From: an uncultured bacterium
Lineage (GTDB): Bacteria > Actinomycetota > Acidimicrobiia > Acidimicrobiales > VFJN01
DNA: 64,000 bases
NCBI GenBank assembly: GCA_963756425.1
Contig: CAVWNW010000003.1
Location: 117,642 to 181,641 of the forward strand
Direction: 5' to 3'
Under the pieces are notes generated by a model, which did no database searches, was not told the DNA's origin, and saw nothing but the letters and a program-made list of their open reading frames with translations. The translations under genes were made by a program, and so were the position numbers. How positions within the stretch are numbered: position 1 is the first letter of the stretch; each line of letters opens with the position of its first letter. This document shows, piece by piece, positions 26,521 through 34,327 of this stretch.

Positions 26521-26557
26521 CCAAAAATCGACCAGGCCCCGGCGGCCAGCCGGGGCC
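26521..26557 (-). terminator. Candidate intrinsic terminator of the carotenoid oxygenase gene
   Basis: Minus-strand hairpin GGCCCCGGC-TGGCC-GCCGGGGCC (26535-26557) is followed by TGGTCGATTTTTGG. It lies 47 nt after the stop. Confidence 0.45.
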
Positions 26558-26603
26558 TGTAAGCCCTACAAACGCGAGCACCCCAGCCCAGGGCCTGCGT
26601 GCA

Positions 26604-28055
26604 TCACACCGCGATCCAGTTGCCGTGGAACCCGTACGGAACCCTCGCCGGCACGTGGACACGGGCGACGTCCTCGAGCGTGCCGGCGTCCAGCAGCACG
26701 AGGTCGGTGCGGTCGGAGAGGTCGTCGTGCACGAAGCCCATCAGCACGCCATCGTCCTCGGCGGCATCAGGCCCCGAGGGCACGAACACGAACTCGCCGG
26801 CCCGGTGGGTCGGGCCGAACGACCGTGCCTCGCTGCGGCCCGCCACGAGGTCGTGCCTGAGGAGTGCGCCGGTGAGGTCGATGTCCCCGGCGTCGGTGCC
26901 GACGGCCGGGGCGTAGCCGAAGCGGTGGCGGTGGCCGGTCAGGCGCTCGTCGATGCGCGGGAACTCCTGGCCACGATCGTCGAGCCGCTCCTCGATCACC
27001 TTGCCGGCGGACAGATCGACGGTCCAGCGATCGAGCGTCGGCGGGCCCTCGTTGGGGCCCTGCCGGTCGGAGGCGAACATCTGGGGGTGGCGGACAACGT
27101 CGAGGATGATGCGGTCGCCGCCGTCGTCGTACGCATTGAGCGGGTGGAACACGTAGCAGGGCTCGACGTCGAACCAGCGCACGTCGCTCCCGTCGCTCTC
27201 GCGGGGCATCACGCCGACGCGGGCCGGGTACTTCGGGTTCCATGCGTACGGGAAGCCGTCGCCCCCGGATCCCATGGCGGCGGCTGCCATCCGGGCGGGC
27301 AGGCGTCGCTTGCCGATGAACTGCGAGGCGAGCCACCGGCTGGGGCGGCCGAACGGGCCGGGCGCCGACTGCGCCACGAAGTCGAGGTCGAAGGTCACGG
27401 GGAGGTCGTAGATCACGACGTGACCGGCCGTCAGCGAGAAGTCGTGCATCATCGGGCTGCCGGCGACCTCGACGTCGACGGTTCGGCGGACCCGGCCATC
27501 GGTGCCGGTCACCGTGTAGTGCACCTGGTTGCCCCACCCGAAGAAGTACGAGACCGCGTGCAGCTCGCCGGTCTCGGGGTCGCGGTGCGGATGCGCCGTG
27601 TACCCGCCGGGCAACGTGCCGTCGAAGTCGCACGGCCCGACGGTGTCGAGCTCGCCGGTGAGCTCGTAGGGGACGAAGCCGGCCTCGACGATGGCGAGGA
27701 TGCTGCCGGCGTGACCGATGACGTTGGTATTGGCCGCGAAGTCGGGGCCGGCGGGGTCCGGCCCCGGCCTCGCGGGCTCGCCGAGAGCCTTCGCCACGTC
27801 GCGGGAGCGCACCCAGCGGTTGCGGTACCACTCGGCCTTGCCGTCGCGGAGGCGCACGCCGTGCACCATCCCGGAGCCGAGGAACCAGTGATACGTGTCC
27901 GGGTCGGGGGCGACGACCGGATTGGGGCCGTTGCGCAGATAACGACCGTCCAGGTGATCCGGGATCGTCCCGGTGACCTCCAGGTCGGTCGCCGTGATCT
28001 CCTCGTGAACCGGCGCGAAGTTGCCTTCGAGGTAGCGATTGCGGGTTCCCGCCAT
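26604..28055 (-). CDS. Carotenoid cleavage oxygenase / lignostilbene dioxygenase family (RPE65 fold)
   Basis: N-terminal GNFAPV.EE, conserved His-containing blocks, and C-terminal PYGFHGNWI. Confidence 0.85.
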   Translation of the reverse strand: MAGTRNRYLEGNFAPVHEEITATDLEVTGTIPDHLDGRYLRNGPNPVVAPDPDTYHWFLGSGMVHGVRLRDGKAEWYRNRWVRSRDVAKALGEPARPGPDPAGPDFAANTNVIGHAGSILAIVEAGFVPYELTGELDTVGPCDFDGTLPGGYTAHPHRDPETGELHAVSYFFGWGNQVHYTVTGTDGRVRRTVDVEVAGSPMMHDFSLTAGHVVIYDLPVTFDLDFVAQSAPGPFGRPSRWLASQFIGKRRLPARMAAAAMGSGGDGFPYAWNPKYPARVGVMPRESDGSDVRWFDVEPCYVFHPLNAYDDGGDRIILDVVRHPQMFASDRQGPNEGPPTLDRWTVDLSAGKVIEERLDDRGQEFPRIDERLTGHRHRFGYAPAVGTDAGDIDLTGALLRHDLVAGRSEARSFGPTHRAGEFVFVPSGPDAAEDDGVLMGFVHDDLSDRTDLVLLDAGTLEDVARVHVPARVPYGFHGNWIAV

Positions 28056-28067
28056 CCCACACTCCTC

Positions 28068-28108
28068 CCATAGCGATGCTATGGTAAGAATCGATAGCAC
28101 TGCTATGG
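28068..28108. promoter_or_regulatory. Tandem palindromic operator pair (likely TetR sites)
   Basis: CCATAGC-GAT-GCTATGG (28068-28084) and CGATAGC-ACT-GCTATGG (28092-28108) lie in the 54-bp divergent spacer. Confidence 0.5.
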
Positions 28109-28109
28109 C

Positions 28110-28763
28110 ATGCTGTCAACCATGAGCCCGAGAGCCGCCGACCCTGGCGTCCGCATGGCGTTGCTGGAGACCGCCGCCCGCATCATCGCCACCGAAGGCC
28201 TGGGGAAGCTCACCCTGCGCCGCCTGGCCAACGAGGTGGGCACCTCGACCATGGCGATCTACACGCACTTCGGCGGGATGACCGAGTTGCGGCGGGAGAT
28301 CAGGCGCGAAGGCTTCGCCAGGCTCGGTGCCCGCGAGGCGGCCGTGGCGACCACCGGCGACCCGGTCGCCGACGTCTGGGCTCTCGGCATGGCGTACTAC
28401 GGCAATGCCGTCGAGAACCCCAACCTGTACCAGGCGATGTTCATGGACGGTCCCGTCGACGAGGCGGACGCCGATGCCGGGCTCGAGACGTTCGGGCAGC
28501 TCGTGACCGCGGTGGAGCGCTGCATCGACGCCGGGCGGTTCGATCCCGCAGACCCCGTCGGCCTGGCGACACAGCTGTGGGCGCTCGTTCACGGGCTGGT
28601 GACGCTGCAGCTCGCACGCCTGTTGCCAGCCGACCGGGCACTCCCCTGCCTCGCCGCCGGGGCACGCAACCTCATGACCGCGTTCGGCGACGATCCCCGG
28701 GCCGTGGGATCGTCGATCTCCCGCGCCGCCGTCCGCGGCGCACGCCCACCGGTCCCCACCTGA
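28110..28763 (+). CDS. TetR/AcrR-family transcriptional regulator
   Basis: HTH LTLRRLANEVGTSTMAIYTHFGG. The start may be ATG 28122 because the second operator abuts 28110. Confidence 0.85.
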   Translation: MLSTMSPRAADPGVRMALLETAARIIATEGLGKLTLRRLANEVGTSTMAIYTHFGGMTELRREIRREGFARLGAREAAVATTGDPVADVWALGMAYYGNAVENPNLYQAMFMDGPVDEADADAGLETFGQLVTAVERCIDAGRFDPADPVGLATQLWALVHGLVTLQLARLLPADRALPCLAAGARNLMTAFGDDPRAVGSSISRAAVRGARPPVPT

Positions 28764-28784
28764 CGATCGGCGAGCCGCAAGGTG

Positions 28785-29762
28785 TCAGACGTCGACCTCG
28801 GTGCCGACGCCCCGAGCGTGCGCCGCCTCCAGGATCAACCCCGCCGCCGCCGCATCCTGCACGGCGACACCGACCGACTTGTACAGCGTGAGCTGGCCGG
28901 CGTCGGTGCGGCCACCAGGGTCACCCGCGGCGATCTCGCCGATCTCGCGCACCCGATCGGCGTCGATGGCGCCAGCCTCGATCGCCCGCGCCAGTTCCAC
29001 CGCGCCGGCCGGCGGGGCGGCCAGGGCGGCCGTGCGGGACTCGACCACGACCAGCGCGTCCCGGATCGTCCGGATGTCGACCTCACCGTCCCCGGCGGTG
29101 TTGTAGCCGACCGAGTTCACGTGCGTGCCGGGACCGAGCCACTCCCGGCGGACGACCGGCTCGGCCGCGTGGGTGGCGGCGCACACCACGTCGGCCGAGC
29201 GGACCGCATCCTCGATCGACGGGAGCGCCGTCGCCGCGGTCCCCGCCTCGAGCAGGTCATCGACCACCGCCTTGGCCGTGGCGTGATCGCGCCCGGCGAC
29301 CTGGACGGCCCGAATGCCGGGCAGCCGGGCGGCGGCCCGGGCATGACTTTGCGCCTGCACGCCGGTGCCGATCACGGACACGACGCCCGCGCCCTCGCGG
29401 GCCAACAGCCGTGTGGCCAGCATCGAGCCGGCCGCGGTGCGGGCGGCGGTCACGTGGGTGCCGTCCATGACGGCGAGCGGGGCACCGTTCGCCGGGTCGA
29501 AGCAGCAGATGATCGCCTGGTGCGTCGGGCGATCGGTGTTCTCGGGGAACACGCTGACCAGCTTCGTGGCCAGCGACCGGGATGACGGGAGGTACGCCGG
29601 CATCGCCGCCAACATGGCGTGGCGCTCGGTAACCGCGGCAGCCACCCGAGGGGGTGCTGACGCGCGACCCCGGCTCAGGTCGACCATGGCCACCGCCAGC
29701 GCATCCACCAGCCGGTCCAGATCGAGAAGGGATTCCACCTCGGTGCGAGAGAGGATCAGCAT
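28785..29762 (-). CDS. Ornithine cyclodeaminase / mu-crystallin family protein
   Basis: 325-aa ORF with the family N-terminus (ILSRTEVESLLD) and the Rossmann segment VSVIGTGVQA. Confidence 0.75.
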   Translation of the reverse strand: MLILSRTEVESLLDLDRLVDALAVAMVDLSRGRASAPPRVAAAVTERHAMLAAMPAYLPSSRSLATKLVSVFPENTDRPTHQAIICCFDPANGAPLAVMDGTHVTAARTAAGSMLATRLLAREGAGVVSVIGTGVQAQSHARAAARLPGIRAVQVAGRDHATAKAVVDDLLEAGTAATALPSIEDAVRSADVVCAATHAAEPVVRREWLGPGTHVNSVGYNTAGDGEVDIRTIRDALVVVESRTAALAAPPAGAVELARAIEAGAIDADRVREIGEIAAGDPGGRTDAGQLTLYKSVGVAVQDAAAAGLILEAAHARGVGTEVDV

Positions 29763-29822
29763 GGCGGCGCCTCCCAGACCCGAACGCCCGGCATTGTGTC
29801 ACGGGCCGCATAGCATCGCCCG

Positions 29823-30584
29823 GTGATCGACCTGGACTGGCACGCCGCCGGCGAGCATCTCGTGTCCGCCCGAGCGGGCGACGTGGCGCTGCTCCGCCTC
29901 GACCGCCCGGCGAAGCTCAACGCCCTCACGCCGGCGATGCTCCCCGCCATCGCCGAACGGATCCGCGGCCTCGCTGCGGAGTCGGCCGGGTTGGTGCTCA
30001 CCGGCACCGGGAGGGCCTTCTCGGCCGGCGATGACCTCGACGCCACGGCCGACCTGGACCGCGGGGGCTTCGAGGCGGTGATCGCAGGCTTCCAGGACAT
30101 GACGCGGGCCGTGCTCGACACCGAGGTGCCGGTGGTGGCGGCGCTCAACGGCTTGGCGGTCGGCGGGGCGGCCGAGCTGACGCTGGCCTGCGACGCCCGG
30201 GTCGGCGGGCCCGAGGCGGCCTTCTTCTTCCCGGAGAACGGCATCGGCCTCACGATCTCCAACGGCTCCACTTACCTGCTGCCCCGCATCCTGGGTACCC
30301 GGGCCCTACCCCTCGTCCTCGCCGGGGGGCGGATCGACGCCGCCGAGGGGCTCCGGGTAGGGCTGTTGACCGAGATCGCCGACGATCCGACGCAGCGGGC
30401 GGTCGACATGGTGGGGGCGTGGGCCGCCGAGGGGCACGCGACCCGATGGCACCTGCGGTTGATGCGGCCAGACCCGACGGTCGTGGAGGCGGCGATGGCT
30501 CGCGAGACGGTCGCCGCCATGGAGGTGTTCGACGCCGGCATCGCCACCGCCGGCGCCGCCGCCTTCCGTGACCGGCGGCCATGA
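29823..30584 (+). CDS. Enoyl-CoA hydratase/isomerase (crotonase fold)
   Basis: LRLDRPAKLNAL, LTGTGRAFSAGDDL and AALNGLAVGGAAEL motifs. Confidence 0.8.
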   Translation: MIDLDWHAAGEHLVSARAGDVALLRLDRPAKLNALTPAMLPAIAERIRGLAAESAGLVLTGTGRAFSAGDDLDATADLDRGGFEAVIAGFQDMTRAVLDTEVPVVAALNGLAVGGAAELTLACDARVGGPEAAFFFPENGIGLTISNGSTYLLPRILGTRALPLVLAGGRIDAAEGLRVGLLTEIADDPTQRAVDMVGAWAAEGHATRWHLRLMRPDPTVVEAAMARETVAAMEVFDAGIATAGAAAFRDRRP

Positions 30585-30764
30585 CCGTCCCGCTTCGGGG
30601 GCTGCGCCCCCGCACCCCATCGTCGCCCGGCTCCCTGGCGGTCGCACGGCCGACCGGGCATGAGCTGCGCTCATGACCGTCCCGCTTCGGGGGCTGCGCC
30701 CCCGCACCCCATCGCCGCCCGGCTCCCTGGCGGTCGCACGGCCGACCGGGCATGAGCTGCGCTC
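30581..30764 (+). repeat. 92-bp tandem direct repeat x2 (1 mismatch) between the hydratase stop and the ligase start
   Basis: Copies lie at 30581-30672 and 30673-30764 and differ only at 30623 (T) versus 30715 (C). A third ATGACCG begins the next gene at 30765. Confidence 0.95.
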
Positions 30765-32312
30765 ATGACCGCCCACCTGCGTCGAGCTGCCGACCTGGAC
30801 TGGACCCTCGGGGAGCTGGTGGAGCGGCGCGCCGCAGAGCACGGCGACCGGGTGCTGCTGCGATTCGGCGACGGCCAGACCCTGTCGTTCGCAGGGCTGG
30901 CGGCGCGGGTGGCCACCGTGCGCTACCTGCTGGCGGCGCGGGGCGTCGGGCCGGGGGATCGGGTGGCGCTGATGATGCGCAACTCGCTGCGCTACCCGGT
31001 GGCATGGCTGGCCGTCACCTCCGCGGGGATGGCGGCGGTGCCGGTGAACAGCCGGTCGGGTCCGTTGGACAGCCGCCACCTCATCGACCACAGCGGCGCC
31101 CGGCTGGTGATCGCCGACGACACCACCGCTGCGACGGTGCACGCGGCGATCGCCGGGATCGACCGGGGGGTCGCCGTCGAGGACGCGTCGCTGCCGGACT
31201 GGTCGCAGCCCGGACTGGGCCGCGGCGCGCCACCCGCCGACATGCCGGCGGGCGCACTCGCCGGCGTCCAGTACACGTCGGGGACGACCGGACTCCCCAA
31301 GGGCTGCATGCTCAGTCACCGCTTCTGGCAGCAGATCGGCCAGTCCTCCGCCGATGTGTTGCGGCTCGACGAGTCGAGCGTGCTCCTGAGCGCCCAGCCC
31401 TTCTCGTACATCGACCCGCTCTGGAACGTCGTGGCGGCCCTGCGGGCCGGCGCGGAGTTGGTGATCCTGGACGGCTTCCACCCGTCGACGTTCATGCGCT
31501 CCGTCGCCGAGTGGGGCGTGACCACCTTTTACTGCCTGGGCGCGATGCCGGTGCTGCTGATGAAGCAGCCGCCCGCGGAGCACGACCGCACCCACCGCCT
31601 CAGCCACGTGGCGTGCTCCGCCATCCCTCCCCGGCTCCACGCCGCCATCGAACAGCGTTGGGGCGTGCCGTGGTACGAGCTGTTCGGGATGACGGAGACG
31701 GGGCTGAACCTGGCCGTGCTGGAGGACGACCACGACGAGCTGGTCGGAACCGGCAGCCTGGGCAGCGTGATGAGCCACTGCGAGGCCAAGGTGGTGGACG
31801 ACGCCGGGATCGAGGCGCTGCCCGGAGCGCAGGGCGAGCTCGTGGTGCGCGGCGTCGGGCTGATGGACGGCTACTACGAGAACTCCGAGGCGACCGCGGC
31901 GTTCTTCGCGGGCGGCTGGGCCCACACCGGCGACATCGCGGTCCGCGACTCCCAGGGCCGGTTCACGCTGCGGGGACGCATCAAGGACATGATCCGTCGC
32001 GGCGGGGAGAACGTGGCCGCCGCCGAGGTCGAGGGGGTGCTGGTCAGCCACCCCGCCGTGCTCGAGTGCGCCGTCGTCGCCATGCCCGACGACGACCTCG
32101 GGGAGGAGCTGCGCGCCGTCGTCGTGCCGGTCACGGGCGAAGCGCCGTCACCCCGGGAGCTGCGGGAGCACGTCGCCGAAAGGCTGGCCCGCTTCAAGGT
32201 TCCCCGTTACTGGGAGTTTCGCTCGGAGCTCCCGCACACGCCATCCGAGCGCGTCGCCAAGCATCGCATCGGTAGGCCGGAGGCCGACCTCATCGACCTG
32301 GCGGGTGGCTGA
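30765..32312 (+). CDS. AMP-dependent acyl-CoA synthetase/ligase
   Basis: VQYTSGTTGLPKGCML, FGMTETG and GDIAVRDSQGRFTLRGRIKD motifs. Confidence 0.85.
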   Translation: MTAHLRRAADLDWTLGELVERRAAEHGDRVLLRFGDGQTLSFAGLAARVATVRYLLAARGVGPGDRVALMMRNSLRYPVAWLAVTSAGMAAVPVNSRSGPLDSRHLIDHSGARLVIADDTTAATVHAAIAGIDRGVAVEDASLPDWSQPGLGRGAPPADMPAGALAGVQYTSGTTGLPKGCMLSHRFWQQIGQSSADVLRLDESSVLLSAQPFSYIDPLWNVVAALRAGAELVILDGFHPSTFMRSVAEWGVTTFYCLGAMPVLLMKQPPAEHDRTHRLSHVACSAIPPRLHAAIEQRWGVPWYELFGMTETGLNLAVLEDDHDELVGTGSLGSVMSHCEAKVVDDAGIEALPGAQGELVVRGVGLMDGYYENSEATAAFFAGGWAHTGDIAVRDSQGRFTLRGRIKDMIRRGGENVAAAEVEGVLVSHPAVLECAVVAMPDDDLGEELRAVVVPVTGEAPSPRELREHVAERLARFKVPRYWEFRSELPHTPSERVAKHRIGRPEADLIDLAGG

Positions 32313-32323
32313 GCGGTCCCGGG

Positions 32324-34261
32324 CTAGTCGGCGTGCCCGCAATGCTCCTCGGCGGGCGGCACGTCGAGCGCCGGGTTGCGATCGAAGAACCCGAAGGGCG
32401 TGAGGAGGAAGCCGCAGTACTCGACCGGCATCACCGGCCAGTCCTCGGGCCGCACGAAGTGGGTGACGCCGAACGTGTACCACACCACCACGTCGGCATC
32501 GACGAGGGACCGGTCCTGCGCCGTCCAGCTGGGCAGGCCGTCGCGGCCCTCGTGCTGGTTCACGTAGTCGCCGGCCGCCCGCCGCTCCCGATCGGCGTAG
32601 GGCGTCACCCACAGGTTGTGGCGCGCGAACCCGGCGCGCTTACCGATCGGCGAGTCGGCGTGTGCGAACAGCGTCGGTGTGGTCGTCGCCGGGACGAGCC
32701 TGTAGGCGACGGGCTGGCCGAGGCCGTTGCGCGACTGCGGGTTCACGATCCGCCAGCTACGCGACCGCGCCGGGTCGATCTGGCGTTGCGCGCGTTGTTC
32801 GGTGTCGAGCCGCGTCGCCTTGGCGCGGAATGCGTTCATCCACGGGTTGTCGGGGCCGGGAGGCAGCGGGTCGGCGTCGACCTCGTGGACCTCGTTGACG
32901 CAGCCGTCGACGTCGAAGTCGAGCCGGGCACAGAAGAGATGCTGGTGGTGCGGGGCGGCGACGCCCTCGGCGACGACGTTCGCGAACTCCGGCTGCGTCC
33001 CCGGTTCGATGGCCATCGGTGAGACGATGCCCGTCAGCTTGACCTCCAGCTGGATGTTGCCGTCGAGGTAGAGGTACCAGTAGAAGCCGTAGTCGTAGTT
33101 GCCGACGGTGCTGATGAAGCTCAGCACCAACCGGCGGCTCCTCCGCACCTCGCCGCGTCCGCTCTGCAGGTCGACGTGCTTCCACAGGATCCCGTAGTCC
33201 TCCTCGTGGATGCAGATGGCGTTCTCGATCGCCCAGGGCTCGCCCTGCTCGTTCGCGAGCATCGCGTCGACGTAGCGGACCTCGCCGACACAGTCGCAAC
33301 CGAGCGCGAGCGGCTGCGTCAGGCGGCCGAGCCCCCACTCGCCGGCATCGAACGCGTTCTTCCAGCCGTGCAGCGGGCCGGCGTCGCCGTACGGGACGAC
33401 CATTTCGGCAATCGACGCCCGATGGAGCACCGGGCGAAGTCGTCCGTCATCCTCGTAGGCGACCTCGTGCAGGACGAGGCCCTCGTGGGGATCGAACGAC
33501 ACCCGCAGCTGCCACTTCTGCCACCGCACGAGGTTGCCGTCGACCGTGAAGCTCGGGCCGTCGGGCTGCGAGATCGAGATCGGCTTGAGGTCGGTACGCA
33601 GCGCCGGATGATCCTCGACCCAGAAGTTCGCACGGTTGGGTGGCAGGGGCACGACACCGTGGTCGATGACCTCGATCACCTCGTTGTTCCCGAGGTCGAA
33701 GTGGACGATCACGCCCTCGATCGGGCGGGCGTAGCCGTTGTCGGTCGCGTCCGCACGCAGGAACGAGATGCAGCGCGCGATCCGGCGTCCTTCCTCGCAG
33801 TCGTAGCCGAACGTCCCGGCCGGCCACGGGTCGATCTGCACCGCCTCGAGGTCGGTGATGCCCCGCCGCGCGAGCGCCGCCCGGTACTCGGGATGCTCCT
33901 TCGTGGTGGCGATCGCGTACAGCGCTTCCGTCATCAACAGCGCCGGCCGCCTGCCCTCGACCTCGTGCCACTCGCGCACCTCGCCGCGGGTGACCGACAC
34001 GACCGCCTCGACCAGCGTCAGCCCGGGACCGGGCACGATCTGCGCACCCACCTCGCGCTCGATCGGGTCACCGGCCTTCCAGCGTGCCAACTCGTCCTTG
34101 GTGGGCTCGCGCAGCACGACGTGGGCGAACAGCGCCTCGTCGCCCACCCGTCCCGTCGCCCGCAGCACCTCGACCGCGCGCGTGATCTCGTCGGCCGTGA
34201 GCATGTCGAGGGGATGAGCCATACGGAATCCTGCCGCGGGATCAGTGGCCATGACCACCAT
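32324..34261 (-). CDS. Copper-containing primary amine oxidase (TPQ cofactor)
   Basis: TPQ precursor motif TVGNYDYGF and copper-ligand block APHHQHLF. Candidate starts are 34261, 34252 and 34222. The upstream 550 aa of the 1197-aa ORF is an antisense artefact. Confidence 0.85.
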   Translation of the reverse strand: MVVMATDPAAGFRMAHPLDMLTADEITRAVEVLRATGRVGDEALFAHVVLREPTKDELARWKAGDPIEREVGAQIVPGPGLTLVEAVVSVTRGEVREWHEVEGRRPALLMTEALYAIATTKEHPEYRAALARRGITDLEAVQIDPWPAGTFGYDCEEGRRIARCISFLRADATDNGYARPIEGVIVHFDLGNNEVIEVIDHGVVPLPPNRANFWVEDHPALRTDLKPISISQPDGPSFTVDGNLVRWQKWQLRVSFDPHEGLVLHEVAYEDDGRLRPVLHRASIAEMVVPYGDAGPLHGWKNAFDAGEWGLGRLTQPLALGCDCVGEVRYVDAMLANEQGEPWAIENAICIHEEDYGILWKHVDLQSGRGEVRRSRRLVLSFISTVGNYDYGFYWYLYLDGNIQLEVKLTGIVSPMAIEPGTQPEFANVVAEGVAAPHHQHLFCARLDFDVDGCVNEVHEVDADPLPPGPDNPWMNAFRAKATRLDTEQRAQRQIDPARSRSWRIVNPQSRNGLGQPVAYRLVPATTTPTLFAHADSPIGKRAGFARHNLWVTPYADRERRAAGDYVNQHEGRDGLPSWTAQDRSLVDADVVVWYTFGVTHFVRPEDWPVMPVEYCGFLLTPFGFFDRNPALDVPPAEEHCGHAD

Positions 34262-34327
34262 TTCCGCTGCAGGTTTCGGCGGGGCGGCGGACTTTCGCCG
34301 GGGCGTGGGATCCTCGATCCTGGTGGC

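Noticed and set aside
25156-26603. DUF222-HNH region as a complete mobile element or prophage remnant
   Set aside because: No integrase, transposase, terminal inverted repeats or flanking direct repeats could be identified. Only the single selfish-type gene is present.
30581-30764. Tandem 92-bp repeats as a CRISPR array
   Set aside because: Only two abutting copies are present, with no spacers and no cas genes. The unit length and structure do not fit CRISPR repeats.
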